In this document: positions 49,562 through 59,618 of the stretch, in pieces
Numbering within the stretch: the stretch's first letter is position 1
Layout of the letters: the number at the start of each line of letters is the position of its first letter
Origin: Enterococcus phage AllMyExes
Length of the DNA: 64,000 bases
Sequence record: PV544171.1
Strand: one strand, 5' to 3'
The notes under the pieces: model-generated
Database searches by the model: none
What the model saw: only the letters and a program-made list of their open reading frames with translations
Told to the model about the DNA's origin: nothing
Program-made: the position numbers and the translations under genes

Positions 49562-50419
49562 ATGCTTAAAAAAGGGAAAGAAGTAACACTAAGAAAATTT
49601 TATAATATTATCACAGATAAGGAATCAGTATTACTAGGGGCACGCTACACAAGCTCAATAATGACTACAGATATTCCTATTACAACAACTTTTGAAGATG
49701 TTGAGGTAGACCTTAAGAAAGAAACAGTTGCAGGAACTATTTCATTCAGACCAGTAGGAGAAAGACAGATTAATGCATTAAGTTTACTAAAAGAAGCAAG
49801 CACAGCTTATGGAGGTTATGGAGAGTTCCTAGATGATACTATTGAGAAACCTTTAATCAATAGTGATTTTGCAGTAGATGTTAGCCTAGCAGACTCTGCT
49901 TTCTCTAACCTACAAGAGATTCCATTTAACCTATATATGTCCTCTCCAAAAGTTTTTTATACAGAAGTATCAATTAGAGGGCGTAAACATATGCAATATG
50001 TATTAGAGGATGAGTCTTCTAGCGGTGTAACAAGTACGTTAGCACTGGTATTCCGTAAAAAATTGTATGATGGGGAAACATTGCTAGGTGTGCATACTTA
50101 CACCGAAGCACTAGCAAGAGTAGAGGGAATTAAAGTATTACAGTTTATCGCAAACGGTTCTGTACTAGAACAAGTAGTCGGTGCAGTGTCTGTTTTAGGG
50201 GGTAGCACAGGAACAACCCTGTTCCCTATGTTTGACGATATGGTGATGCAATTTGTGATGATTGAGTCTGTTCCTTGGGTGCACATTTCTTGTGATACAG
50301 GAGCAATTGCTTTTAAGGAGGAAGACATCCGCAATGTAACCATTAAGTCAGCTAGACCGGGAGAATATAAGGTGACTATCTACTTGCTAGACGAAAAAGT
50401 TACATTATTAATTGGATAA
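49562..50419 (+). CDS. hypothetical protein
   Basis: ORF only. A terminator follows. Confidence 0.3.
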   Translation: MLKKGKEVTLRKFYNIITDKESVLLGARYTSSIMTTDIPITTTFEDVEVDLKKETVAGTISFRPVGERQINALSLLKEASTAYGGYGEFLDDTIEKPLINSDFAVDVSLADSAFSNLQEIPFNLYMSSPKVFYTEVSIRGRKHMQYVLEDESSSGVTSTLALVFRKKLYDGETLLGVHTYTEALARVEGIKVLQFIANGSVLEQVVGAVSVLGGSTGTTLFPMFDDMVMQFVMIESVPWVHISCDTGAIAFKEEDIRNVTIKSARPGEYKVTIYLLDEKVTLLIG

Positions 50420-50426
50420 AATTTTA

Positions 50427-50465
50427 AAGGAAGTTGACAATATATGTTGACTTCCTTTTTTGTAT
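50427..50465 (+). terminator. rho-independent terminator (AAGGAAGT/ACTTCCTT plus T6)
   Basis: Read directly. Confidence 0.5.
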
Positions 50466-50522
50466 ATGCTAAGATAACTACAGTTGGATAAAAAATAAAT
50501 GGTATAGAGGGAGAGATTTAAC

Positions 50523-51368
50523 ATGGACTACAAAACAAAGGTATATGTAGGAGCGCTTAGTTGGTTAGGTACTTTAGGAGAGAAACGATATTTAGGGCAA
50601 ATGCGTGATGTATTAGCTGTGTACGAGCTAGGTAGTCGATACGCAGGTTACTATACAGAAGATAGTGATTATGACTATATGGTTGTATACATGCCGTCCC
50701 CTTATGATTTAATGCATCCTACAACAATCTATAAACAGGAAACAGAGATTGATGGAAATAAGGTAGAGGTAAAATATATGTCTATCGTGGAATATGTTTA
50801 CCGTATTGAAAATGGAGATTTAGAGGCTTTACAAATGCTAAATGCCACAAGCTCCCAAAGTTTCTTCGGAGAGTCTATTGAAGGTATTGACAATAAGCGT
50901 ACTCGTTTAGTTACGTATATGAAAGAGCTAGAATACAGAAGAGAAACATTTACTTATTTAGCACCAGAGAAATTGTTTAGAGGAATTAATGGTCGTATTA
51001 AAGCCACAAAAGCACGTATGGATAAGGCTATTGAGAATGACGATATGGAAGTAGCGGTAAAATGTGCTATCCTTATTCGTTATTTTATGGACTTACTAGT
51101 TGTGCTAGCGGACGGGGAATCTATTCGTGAAGGTCTTACGTTCTCTCCTATTATTGCAAATATCATTAGAGAGTTTAGGGAAGACTGTGAGTCAGCACAG
51201 GCTAAGACACTTATCAGTACTGCACAAGTGCTATTAGAGGCGGATAGAGAAGAGATTTTAAATAGTATTAAAGACCATGGGTTATCAGATGGTTACGCTC
51301 AATCAGTTAGACAATATAGTTTAACAGGTCGATTGATAGATGTACTATTAGGAGGATATTATGATTAA
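50523..51368 (+). CDS. minimal nucleotidyltransferase-fold protein (Pol-beta-like NTase superfamily)
   Basis: N-terminal LAVYELGSRYAGYYTEDSDYDYMVVY fits the (GS...DxD) signature. Confidence 0.4.
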   Translation: MDYKTKVYVGALSWLGTLGEKRYLGQMRDVLAVYELGSRYAGYYTEDSDYDYMVVYMPSPYDLMHPTTIYKQETEIDGNKVEVKYMSIVEYVYRIENGDLEALQMLNATSSQSFFGESIEGIDNKRTRLVTYMKELEYRRETFTYLAPEKLFRGINGRIKATKARMDKAIENDDMEVAVKCAILIRYFMDLLVVLADGESIREGLTFSPIIANIIREFREDCESAQAKTLISTAQVLLEADREEILNSIKDHGLSDGYAQSVRQYSLTGRLIDVLLGGYYD

Positions 51369-52998
51369 GTTAGAACAAAATAAAGAAATCTTAGATATAT
51401 TTAATAGAAAAGGAAAAGTAACAGATAAAGTAGAAGAATCTGCCAAAATTATGCTAGAATTAGACCACGATTATGACTTTGGTACAGGAGACATTGCTTA
51501 TACAGAGCGTGGCACAGATAAGAAAGGACGTTTCTACCTAGAAAGTCACTTGTTTATCCATAAGATTATGCCTTATGGGTTCATCTTAAATGCGGTAGTA
51601 AGTAAAGTACACTATGGAGACCAAGAGGAGACCTTAGAACGAGAGGTATCTCGTGTATATGAGCTAGAATATAACCTACGAGATAAGGTAGCTGTGCTGA
51701 TTAAGAATGGTAAACCACTAAACTTCTCAGAAAATAACATTAGTAACATGTTTTCTGGGCACGTAGCAAAGAATATTCTTGAACAATTAGATACAATGTC
51801 TGGTTCAGATATGTATGTGTCCGTGTATGAACGAGTTAGTCGGGTGAAAGACGAACAAATCGGTAAAGTATCTCGTTTCTTTGACCGATTGATGAAGTAT
51901 AACAAGATTGAATTAATTTACAAGAGCGGTGTTCCTAAAGACTTTGCTTTGGCTTACGCTTATCGAGTAGTTGTTGTAGGTGAAGGGAAAAGTAGAAATA
52001 AATGGTATGAACCTATAAAGAATGTGAACTATTTAGACAAGGAACAAACAAATCCGACTAAGCACTTAGGTATCCCAAAGTCTATCTTCAAGATTATTTG
52101 TGAAGGCGGACTAGAGTGGACATTCTACCAAAAAATGGCTAGTCGTTTCCATAAGTCAGTGGATAACAGAAGTATTGTAAAAACCCCTGAATCTCCTACT
52201 GCTATGAAGAAGGCAGAGAAAGAGGTTGCTAAGCTACGACAAGCCTATGCTCGTTTTGGTGGGGTATTGTACAACCTTTATCAGTTTACTAAAGAACTAG
52301 ACGAACAATATGGTATCTCTCGTAGTAAAGATATTATCCAAATAGAGTGGGAACCTATATACGACCATATTATTGCAGGAGTAGTTAACGATGAATATAA
52401 CAGTACAACTACTTATGATATTTCTATGGTTGCAAACCTAGACTTCTATAGAACTGTTCGTTATCTCTACTATCAAGTATACGTTGAGCAAGGACTTACT
52501 TCACAAGCAGAGGCTAGGTACACATACAGAGACTACTTGAGAGCACACCATTATATGAATGCGGTACCTGTTAAGTACCCTAAAGCTCTTAAGACTGCTC
52601 ATGACATTATTAATATGAATTACCGAACAATGAAAGATGAGGTATTGAATAATAACTTTGCAAGTAGCGTAGCTAAATATAAAGATTTAGAAGAAGTATC
52701 AGTTAGAGGTAACTATATTGTTAAAGTTCCTGATAGTGTGGAAGACTTAACTAAAGAAGGTTCTAGTTTACACCACTGTGTTGCTACTTATGCTCGTCAA
52801 GTGGCAGAAGGTTCTACTCGTATTTTGTTTATGAGAGACAAGCAAGAGCCAGACACTAGTCTAGTTACTTTTGAGGTAAAAAATAATAAACTAGTACAAG
52901 CAAGGGGACTAGCTAACCGTGAATTGACAAATAAGGAGCAAGAGTTCTTAGACAAATGGCTAGTCAAAGCAGAAATTGGTAAGTACTCATTTGTTTAA
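51361..52998 (+). CDS. hypothetical protein (545 aa)
   Basis: Overlaps the upstream NTase stop. No confident motif. Confidence 0.3.
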   Translation: MIKLEQNKEILDIFNRKGKVTDKVEESAKIMLELDHDYDFGTGDIAYTERGTDKKGRFYLESHLFIHKIMPYGFILNAVVSKVHYGDQEETLEREVSRVYELEYNLRDKVAVLIKNGKPLNFSENNISNMFSGHVAKNILEQLDTMSGSDMYVSVYERVSRVKDEQIGKVSRFFDRLMKYNKIELIYKSGVPKDFALAYAYRVVVVGEGKSRNKWYEPIKNVNYLDKEQTNPTKHLGIPKSIFKIICEGGLEWTFYQKMASRFHKSVDNRSIVKTPESPTAMKKAEKEVAKLRQAYARFGGVLYNLYQFTKELDEQYGISRSKDIIQIEWEPIYDHIIAGVVNDEYNSTTTYDISMVANLDFYRTVRYLYYQVYVEQGLTSQAEARYTYRDYLRAHHYMNAVPVKYPKALKTAHDIINMNYRTMKDEVLNNNFASSVAKYKDLEEVSVRGNYIVKVPDSVEDLTKEGSSLHHCVATYARQVAEGSTRILFMRDKQEPDTSLVTFEVKNNKLVQARGLANRELTNKEQEFLDKWLVKAEIGKYSFV

Positions 52999-53249
52999 AA
53001 AGGTGAAATATGAGGTGTGTATAGACCAATTCACAATGAAAAAAGTACACTAAACAGTTGTTATTTCATTATTAGGTAAAACAACTTATTTTAGATAGCT
53101 GATATTGACCGACAAATATTTCATAATGATTTAGCTGTTAAAGTTACAAAAACCCTACTAATATGTGGGGTTTTTGCTTGTTTCAATTACATATGAAATT
53201 TTACAGATGTTCTGCTATATTAGTTACAGAAGCTAATAAAACAAAGGGT

Positions 53250-53280
53250 TTCGACCCTTAAAAATGATATTTCATATAAT
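53250..53280 (+). promoter_or_regulatory. possible promoter (-10 TATAAT at 53275-53280)
   Basis: At the end of the 288-bp intergenic region. The -35 is poor. Confidence 0.3.
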
Positions 53281-53307
53281 TAAAAGTTGAAGGAGTTTAT
53301 AACTAAA

Positions 53308-53997
53308 ATGGCTAAAAAAGAAGTGAATAACAGTTCAGTATTACTGAATCTATACAATAATAAATTGCTTGTATCTAAGGTAGACGAGGCGTTAGACGAG
53401 GGTAAACCATACGATTTCATTATTGCTTTTTGTAAAGAGAAGTTCGATTTTGAAATTAATAAACCCGCATTATCTAGGTACAAAGAGAAACGAAGAGAGT
53501 CTTTAGAAACAGGAGTAGACTTGGAATCACTACTTGACAAACGTAGAAAATCAGGTAAAATTATTGATATTAAGTCTAAAGAGGTAACCCCACTTCCTAA
53601 TGAAACATACGATAACACATTTGGACAAGTGGAACAGATATACAATGATGTAGAGGTGTTAGACACAATCATACAAAAAGGTTTTAACTCTCTAAAAGAG
53701 GTAGACTATGTTGAAGCCCCACTTGCTATGAAAGCAATTGAAGTAAAAGCTAAGATAACAGCTAACCAGTTCCAAGGTCTAAGTCTAACAGGTTTAAGAG
53801 AGCTAAGATTAAGACAGTCTGCTAAAGAACAAGCAATGACTGAGATTATTCTACAGTTTATTCCAGAAGAACAGCATGAAGAGGTATTCAACGCAATTGA
53901 ATCAGCAGAGAAAGAGTTCTATGAAAACTTAGATTTAACAGAGGAAGACCAAAGAATCACTAAAGCGTTGCAAGCATCAGGTATGGATATAATTTAG
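53308..53997 (+). CDS. hypothetical early protein
   Basis: ATG at 53308 with a GAAGGAG RBS. The track start at 53287 (TTG) would overlap the RBS. Lies downstream of a 288-bp intergenic region. Confidence 0.35.
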   Translation: MAKKEVNNSSVLLNLYNNKLLVSKVDEALDEGKPYDFIIAFCKEKFDFEINKPALSRYKEKRRESLETGVDLESLLDKRRKSGKIIDIKSKEVTPLPNETYDNTFGQVEQIYNDVEVLDTIIQKGFNSLKEVDYVEAPLAMKAIEVKAKITANQFQGLSLTGLRELRLRQSAKEQAMTEIILQFIPEEQHEEVFNAIESAEKEFYENLDLTEEDQRITKALQASGMDII

Positions 53998-54007
53998 GAG
54001 GGTTATA

Positions 54008-54475
54008 ATGGTTGAAAATTTGAGAGAGGTAAATTATAAAACGTTAACCTTAGAAGAAAGTTTACATGCATTACTTGAAGGGAAGACCCTTATTGTAAAA
54101 GGGCTAGAACAAAGACGTAAGTTAGATGTGCTAGTAAGGATTTTCTCAGAAGGTGTTGTACCTGTTACGCAGATAAGTTATGATACAACCCCTGCGGATG
54201 GTTATTGGAGAACAGGATATTGGCAGATATACGATTTGCCAATTAATGCCCTTAGCACATACCCATGTTTTATCTATGATGATTTAAATACGGATGAACT
54301 CCCTAAATTTATGATAGGGGACACTGTTTACTACACAAGTAAAGAGGACTCTATCAAAGATTCCGCCATTGTAATCAGTGTATACAAAGACGATGCTAAC
54401 AATAAGTGGTACTACAAGTTAAGTAGAGATAACGAAATATATGCAGAGAGTGAGATTAGAAGAGACAGGTTGTAA
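54008..54475 (+). CDS. hypothetical protein
   Basis: ORF only. A terminator follows. Confidence 0.3.
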   Translation: MVENLREVNYKTLTLEESLHALLEGKTLIVKGLEQRRKLDVLVRIFSEGVVPVTQISYDTTPADGYWRTGYWQIYDLPINALSTYPCFIYDDLNTDELPKFMIGDTVYYTSKEDSIKDSAIVISVYKDDANNKWYYKLSRDNEIYAESEIRRDRL

Positions 54476-54493
54476 GCCTGCCTCTTTTTTTTT
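54460..54493 (+). terminator. rho-independent terminator (GAGACAGG/CCTGCCTC plus T10)
   Basis: Read directly. Confidence 0.55.
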
Positions 54494-54502
54494 AAATTTA
54501 TT

Positions 54503-54531
54503 GTTGACAAATATCTATAACTTTGTTATAG
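54503..54531 (+). promoter_or_regulatory. sigma-A-type promoter TTGACA-N17-TATAGT
   Basis: After the terminator at 54460-54493 and before the acidic protein gene. Confidence 0.5.
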
Positions 54532-54572
54532 TATAAATATCAAGGATATTGATAATAAATTTTGGAGGTGCC

Positions 54573-56849
54573 ATGATGGCAAATATTTTAGACACATTAA
54601 AGTGGTTAGATAAAGGGGACAAAGTTACTATTGAATTTGATAAAGAGCGGTCGAAGTATGCAAAACTGACTTTGCACGATTCATCAGCTAAGACAAATAT
54701 TGTCCGTAACATTGTTTTTTATGATTTAGACAAAGGAGTGTATGCTTACACTGGTGAATACACCCCTGTATGGGATAACTTATTAGATGATATGCGTAAG
54801 ACACAAGGCGCAGAACCTGAAATTAAGACTACAAAAGTAAATCAGTTAGCTACCTATGAAGATGCCTTAAAGTTTATTGAAACAAATGGTACGTTTTATG
54901 TAATTGGTGAGGAAGTAATTGTTAAGGTTAAAGATGCAAAAGAGCTAGCATTGATGTTAATGTACTTTAGAGATGCTATTGAAGAACTAAGAGGAGAATA
55001 CGACCCTAAAAAACATCATGTAGATATGACAATTGAATTATCAAAAGATGTTTTGAAAAAAATGGCAGTACCTAGACATGAATTAGACTTATCTTTAGGT
55101 GGCTTAATGAGAGCTGTATCACATAATGTTGGAGAAGACCTTTTTGAAACTCTTGGGTTTGACTACATGAAGCAAGCTTGGGAAGTCTTAGTTAATTGCT
55201 TGTCACTAGACACTATCCATGAGGTACCTTTCCGTGTGCTAGACGAATTAGAGAAAGTAACAGATAGCATGTCTACTACAGACCATATTGTTACCTTGTA
55301 TGCCGGTAGAGAACTTAAAAAATTCTATTCAGAGGAAGAGTACTTTGATGTAATCACACACAATTTAGCTGATGTGATTATGGATTGGTCAACTATTTTT
55401 ACTACAGCTGTTCTTAATAATACAGAAGATGATGAACACCTTAAAGAGTTACAGCTTAACTTTGAGAGATTCAAGTTAGATGTAGCAGAGGTTCTATTAG
55501 GTAATGTTGCAAGACATTTGCTATATGCAGGAGTTACCGATAGCTTTAACGAAGTTAACCATTATGTTGTCGGAGCAGGTAACCTGATTAGAACAGAAGG
55601 TTTGGTTAGAATAGAAGAATTAACTGGGACATTAGACGACTCTAAAGACGGAGATAGCTCTGAAACAGATAATAAAGAGTCATTAGATGACATCTTTACA
55701 AATACAGGTGATGATGGTGTTGAAGACTTTACAAAAGAAGTAGACGAGCTTGCCATGTTTGAGAACGAACATGCTGAGGAACTTTTGGAAGTCAATAACA
55801 AATTAAAAGATAATCAAGAGTTATTACGTAAAACTGTGGAGGCGATGGGTATGGCTTCTTACTCTACTATTGATTCATCATTTGAACAAGAGGAAGAAAC
55901 AGATAGCAACCACACAGAGACTTGTGAGGATACCAGAGCTTTCCAAATGTTAAGCTATGCAGTACGTTCAGGAGACAAATTACTTGAACGTGTAGAGAAT
56001 CACCCACAAACTGAAAAAGGGTTGAGAATGGCTAAAGATTCTCTAAAAGAGTTTGACCATACAGTTAAACCAGAATTAGAAGCTTATTTAAAAGCAGAAG
56101 AGTTAGCGGAAGACGTTGATAGACATGCAATTGTAACTACAATTATCCGTATCAAGGACACTATGGAAGCAGATATGGACGGCTGTACCGACCCAGTAGA
56201 GCAAGGTTTATTCTACGCAGGAAGCCTAAATATGTTAGAAGAAATGGAATCATTGTTACGGGCTAGCAATAGAGGTTATGGTTGGGACGTAACAGCTATC
56301 TATCTTATCTTGTCCATTGAACTAGCTTATGGGACTTACGGGTTGTCTGATTTAGACTTTACAATTAAAAATAAAGAGGAAACTCGTAAAGAAGAACAAG
56401 ATGCAATTAATGGCATTGTAAACTTCTTAGCCAATCTTTTAAATACAGTACTAGAAGAAGAATCAGAATCAGAAGAAACAACTGTAGTAGTCGAAGAGGA
56501 AGAAGAGGGTAAGGATGACTTCTCACTATCTACAGAAGACACTGCTAAGCTATTGGCAGACTGGTCAAATGGTCTACCTACGTATGTCGTTACTCGTAAA
56601 TACGGAATTAGTATGGGAGCTTTATACTCTATCTTATATGCAAATGGGGCAGACGTTAAATCTTCTAAAGTAGCAGAACGAGTGGCTCATGTGGAAAATG
56701 ACAAAGATATGTTAAACGCAGTCATTCGAGACTACAAGAAAGGTACTCGTTTAGTAGATATTTATACTAAATACAAATTATATAAAAATGGTTTGTTCTA
56801 TCTTTTAGATAAATATCGAGTTCCACGTAGAGGACATACAAAGAAATAA
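54573..56849 (+). CDS. large, strongly acidic (D/E-rich) early protein with C-terminal HTH-like repeats
   Basis: GGAGGTG RBS before the ATGATG at 54573/54576. It is driven by the promoter at 54503. D/E-rich tracts such as EESESEETTVVVEEEEEG. Confidence 0.4.
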   Translation: MMANILDTLKWLDKGDKVTIEFDKERSKYAKLTLHDSSAKTNIVRNIVFYDLDKGVYAYTGEYTPVWDNLLDDMRKTQGAEPEIKTTKVNQLATYEDALKFIETNGTFYVIGEEVIVKVKDAKELALMLMYFRDAIEELRGEYDPKKHHVDMTIELSKDVLKKMAVPRHELDLSLGGLMRAVSHNVGEDLFETLGFDYMKQAWEVLVNCLSLDTIHEVPFRVLDELEKVTDSMSTTDHIVTLYAGRELKKFYSEEEYFDVITHNLADVIMDWSTIFTTAVLNNTEDDEHLKELQLNFERFKLDVAEVLLGNVARHLLYAGVTDSFNEVNHYVVGAGNLIRTEGLVRIEELTGTLDDSKDGDSSETDNKESLDDIFTNTGDDGVEDFTKEVDELAMFENEHAEELLEVNNKLKDNQELLRKTVEAMGMASYSTIDSSFEQEEETDSNHTETCEDTRAFQMLSYAVRSGDKLLERVENHPQTEKGLRMAKDSLKEFDHTVKPELEAYLKAEELAEDVDRHAIVTTIIRIKDTMEADMDGCTDPVEQGLFYAGSLNMLEEMESLLRASNRGYGWDVTAIYLILSIELAYGTYGLSDLDFTIKNKEETRKEEQDAINGIVNFLANLLNTVLEEESESEETTVVVEEEEEGKDDFSLSTEDTAKLLADWSNGLPTYVVTRKYGISMGALYSILYANGADVKSSKVAERVAHVENDKDMLNAVIRDYKKGTRLVDIYTKYKLYKNGLFYLLDKYRVPRRGHTKK

Positions 56850-56859
56850 CAATGATTAA

Positions 56860-56892
56860 GGTAGTGGTGTTCAACTACTACCTAATCTTTTA
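56860..56892 (+). terminator. terminator-like hairpin (GGTAGT/ACTACC) plus T-rich tail
   Basis: Read directly. Confidence 0.35.
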
Positions 56893-56908
56893 TTAGGGAG
56901 GAACTTAA

Positions 56909-57115
56909 TTGATTCTTTTTATATTTAGCATTATTACAATGCTATCCATGTTCTTACTATATTTGTTTGGGATGGCTTCCGTAGCTCTACTTCAACTAGG
57001 ACTCCTTATAGGTAGTCAAAATGATATAGCTAAAGGCATGCACTCTTTGCTTTTCACAGGTGTCGCACTTACTGTAGTCACCGAAATAACTAAGCAGTGT
57101 TTACTATTATTTTAA
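56909..57115 (+). CDS. small membrane protein
   Basis: TTG start after AGGGAGGA. Hydrophobic. Confidence 0.35.
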   Translation: MILFIFSIITMLSMFLLYLFGMASVALLQLGLLIGSQNDIAKGMHSLLFTGVALTVVTEITKQCLLLF

Positions 57116-57137
57116 AAAAAAAATTGGAGGATTTAGC

Positions 57138-57644
57138 ATGTTGTTTTTTATTGTTTTAGCAGTATTTATAGGCGGGCTTGCTTTATGGGGAATGTATGAT
57201 AGTTATGGGTACCTAGACTGGACTTCATGGTTATTTAGTATTGTGGTAGGCTCTGCTGTAGCTACTTTTTTCACACTGGCAGTGGTCGGAATTACTTTCG
57301 ATGTTGCACCAAGTCATGGGGTAACGAAAAGCTATGAACTACACCCTATCTATGAGAACAGTAAAGTAGCTGTAGAGGCTAAAAAAGACCAGTTTGAGAT
57401 TAATGTAGATGGCGGTTTGACAGCTATCGATGCAGAAGGCACTACTATCTTATCTACTAAAGGAGAGATTAAACCTAAAATTGTGTTTACAGAGAACTAT
57501 ATAAACACCAACTGGTGGACTCGTTTCCTAGGTATAGCAGATAAGGTAAAAGACACCTCATCAGTTCTTTATTTAGACTCAGATACCTTAGTGTACAATA
57601 AGCCGGAAAAGAACAGTAGCGCACCAGATTTAAAAATTAAATAA
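57138..57644 (+). CDS. membrane-anchored hypothetical protein (two N-terminal TM segments)
   Basis: GGAGG RBS. Hydrophobic N-terminus. Confidence 0.4.
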   Translation: MLFFIVLAVFIGGLALWGMYDSYGYLDWTSWLFSIVVGSAVATFFTLAVVGITFDVAPSHGVTKSYELHPIYENSKVAVEAKKDQFEINVDGGLTAIDAEGTTILSTKGEIKPKIVFTENYINTNWWTRFLGIADKVKDTSSVLYLDSDTLVYNKPEKNSSAPDLKIK

Positions 57645-57654
57645 ATAATTTAGA

Positions 57655-57684
57655 AAAGGGGCTTGCATAAAGCCTCTTTTTATG
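57655..57684 (+). terminator. rho-independent terminator (AGGGGCTT/AAGCCTCT plus T5)
   Basis: Read directly. Confidence 0.5.
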
Positions 57685-57717
57685 TTAGTATGTATTTATA
57701 GATAGGAGGTAAGCAAT

Positions 57718-57888
57718 ATGTCTTATACGAAAAGAGCGTTAGGAGCTAGAGGATATGACTTTGACACAATGTCTATGCTAGAGAAGATGAATGCTTTACT
57801 AGAACTATTAGAAGAACCAGAATTTCAAGAACAGATGAGGAAAGAGTATGAAGAGTTTTCTAAGGAGTGTGCTACAAATGGAGAATGA
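57718..57888 (+). CDS. small hypothetical protein (56 aa), not in the ORF track
   Basis: ATG with an AGGAGGT RBS, located after a terminator. Confidence 0.35.
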   Translation: MSYTKRALGARGYDFDTMSMLEKMNALLELLEEPEFQEQMRKEYEEFSKECATNGE

Positions 57889-58153
57889 AAAGTTGGAGTC
57901 TTACTTTATGAAAGAGATTGCACCTATTTTAGATGAAATAGAGATGAGTGAAGAGTTGATAAAGGGAATGGAGGAGAACAACAACCCATCCGATATGATT
58001 ACAGTCTCTTTTACAAAAGAGGAAGTAAACATACTTGTGGCAATGTTAGACCTTGAGTTACCTAGATTAGACAGTGGTTCTGAATTGTTTAGCCCTAATC
58101 TGGTAAGGGAAGCTAAACTACAATTAATTAAGAACAAGCTAACTTCAAAATGA
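57878..58153 (+). CDS. hypothetical protein
   Basis: Likely start is MENEK (ATG at 57878), 10 nt after AAGGAG. It overlaps the end of the upstream small ORF. Confidence 0.35.
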   Translation: MENEKLESYFMKEIAPILDEIEMSEELIKGMEENNNPSDMITVSFTKEEVNILVAMLDLELPRLDSGSELFSPNLVREAKLQLIKNKLTSK

Positions 58154-58197
58154 TTTCTCACTAGAATTAATTAGTGAGAAAAAAATTAAATAAAACT

Positions 58198-58256
58198 ATT
58201 GACAAATAACAAAACATGATGTAAACTAAGTTTATAAGATAAAGAAGAGGAGAGAT
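58198..58256 (+). promoter_or_regulatory. early promoter/5'UTR cassette copy 1 (TTGACA-N17-TAAACT, palindrome AAACTAAGTTT, RBS GAGGAGAG)
   Basis: 59 nt identical to copy 2. Confidence 0.6.
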
Positions 58257-58260
58257 ACAC

Positions 58261-58512
58261 ATGAATGAACAAAAGAAAGTATATGCAAAATTAACAGAGG
58301 ACGAGGCAGTATTTGCTTGTGAACTAGGAGATAAAATTAAACAAATTAGAGAGAGCCAAGAGCTATCTCGATTAGAACTTGCAAAACGAGCAAAAGTAGA
58401 CCACTCAACATTAATCTTAATTGAACAAGGTAAACGACTACCAACATTACGTATTATGATGAAGTTGAGCAAAGCGCTACACCGAGAACTAGCTATTAGC
58501 TTTACAGATTAA
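58261..58512 (+). CDS. XRE/Cro-family HTH transcriptional regulator
   Basis: LSRLELAKRAKVDHSTLILIEQGKRLPTLRIMMKLSKAL is a classic HTH_XRE. It sits directly downstream of cassette copy 1 and its palindrome. Confidence 0.6.
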   Translation: MNEQKKVYAKLTEDEAVFACELGDKIKQIRESQELSRLELAKRAKVDHSTLILIEQGKRLPTLRIMMKLSKALHRELAISFTD

Positions 58513-58523
58513 GGAGGGGCATC

Positions 58524-58811
58524 ATGAAAGGGAGCCTAGATTATTACAACTATTTGTACCAAACAATTGAAAATCGACCTACGGAGGAGCTAGATGTCCT
58601 TTATGATGGTCTTTATAAAAAAGCCGGTGACCTGTTTGCAATAGATAACTTCCAAGGAGTTAAAGAAGGCAGACTAATTTTAAAAATATTAAAGGCTATT
58701 AGAGAAGAAATTAATAGTAGAATTGATGAAGAAATTGACATTTACTTGTATAATATCTATGACAGTGTATCAGATGAAGACAAACGAGTAAATTGGCTAT
58801 ATGAGGTGTAA
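58524..58811 (+). CDS. hypothetical protein
   Basis: ORF only. Confidence 0.3.
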   Translation: MKGSLDYYNYLYQTIENRPTEELDVLYDGLYKKAGDLFAIDNFQGVKEGRLILKILKAIREEINSRIDEEIDIYLYNIYDSVSDEDKRVNWLYEV

Positions 58812-58813
58812 GT

Positions 58814-59602
58814 ATGTTTAGTGTTGTTAAGGCTGACAGCTATGTTAAATCAGACATAGAAATGTATGAATTTAAGAATGTAAAAAGTTTGGCATTGACT
58901 AAGAAAGAGAAAGAACTATGGTCAGGCAAAATTGCTAAATATGCTAATGAGTTTATTGTAGATGCTTATGGAGACTACCATGGTAATAAAATACCTGAAA
59001 TAGATGTTGTAATCAATGGTAAGCTAAGAAGAACCCTAGGTTCTTTTGTCCAATTCACTAACACAAACAAACACTGTATAGAGATAAATGGTAGGTTTGT
59101 TAAAGAAGTTATTCTATTACAAGAAACACCCTTAGCTCAAAGAGCGCTTGATATTTTAATGGATGTAGCCAGACATGAAGCTATCCACTATACACTTTGT
59201 TATTTAAATAGTTTAAGTGGGGGAGACCTACCAACGTTCAACTACCATGACGGTGGGGAAGACTTTGAAAAAGATTTATGTTTGACAGGAACTTCACCTA
59301 GTGGCGCTACGAAAGAAGAGTATATTTATAGTTCTTTTACACTAGGAGCCATCAGATGCCGACACCATAGTACTTGCCCTGAATGTGGGTTGGAAACATA
59401 CATGTATACACGAGGACGGTACTATTGCTATAATGGGTGTGTAGGGGATAACGGTAGAAAAATTATATTTAGACCACAAGGTGATATTGCAATTTATATT
59501 GATGAACCAAAATCTAAAGCTAAACCAAAAGTAGAGGAAGCTCTGAAAGACTATAAAGGAGCGTTAAAGCTACCTTATACAGGTACAGAAGAAATAAAAT
59601 AA
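58814..59602 (+). CDS. SprT-like zinc metalloprotease domain protein with Zn ribbon
   Basis: HEAIH (HExxH), then CPECG...CYNGC (Cys4 ribbon). Confidence 0.4.
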   Translation: MFSVVKADSYVKSDIEMYEFKNVKSLALTKKEKELWSGKIAKYANEFIVDAYGDYHGNKIPEIDVVINGKLRRTLGSFVQFTNTNKHCIEINGRFVKEVILLQETPLAQRALDILMDVARHEAIHYTLCYLNSLSGGDLPTFNYHDGGEDFEKDLCLTGTSPSGATKEEYIYSSFTLGAIRCRHHSTCPECGLETYMYTRGRYYCYNGCVGDNGRKIIFRPQGDIAIYIDEPKSKAKPKVEEALKDYKGALKLPYTGTEEIK

Positions 59603-59618
59603 AAAAATAGTTAAATGT

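Noticed and set aside
58155-58190. Hairpin TTCTCACTAGAATTAATTAGTGAGAA as a terminator
   Set aside because: It is followed by an A-run, not a U-run, on the coding strand, and there are no minus-strand genes. It may be an RNA stability or regulatory stem instead, so I did not call it a terminator.
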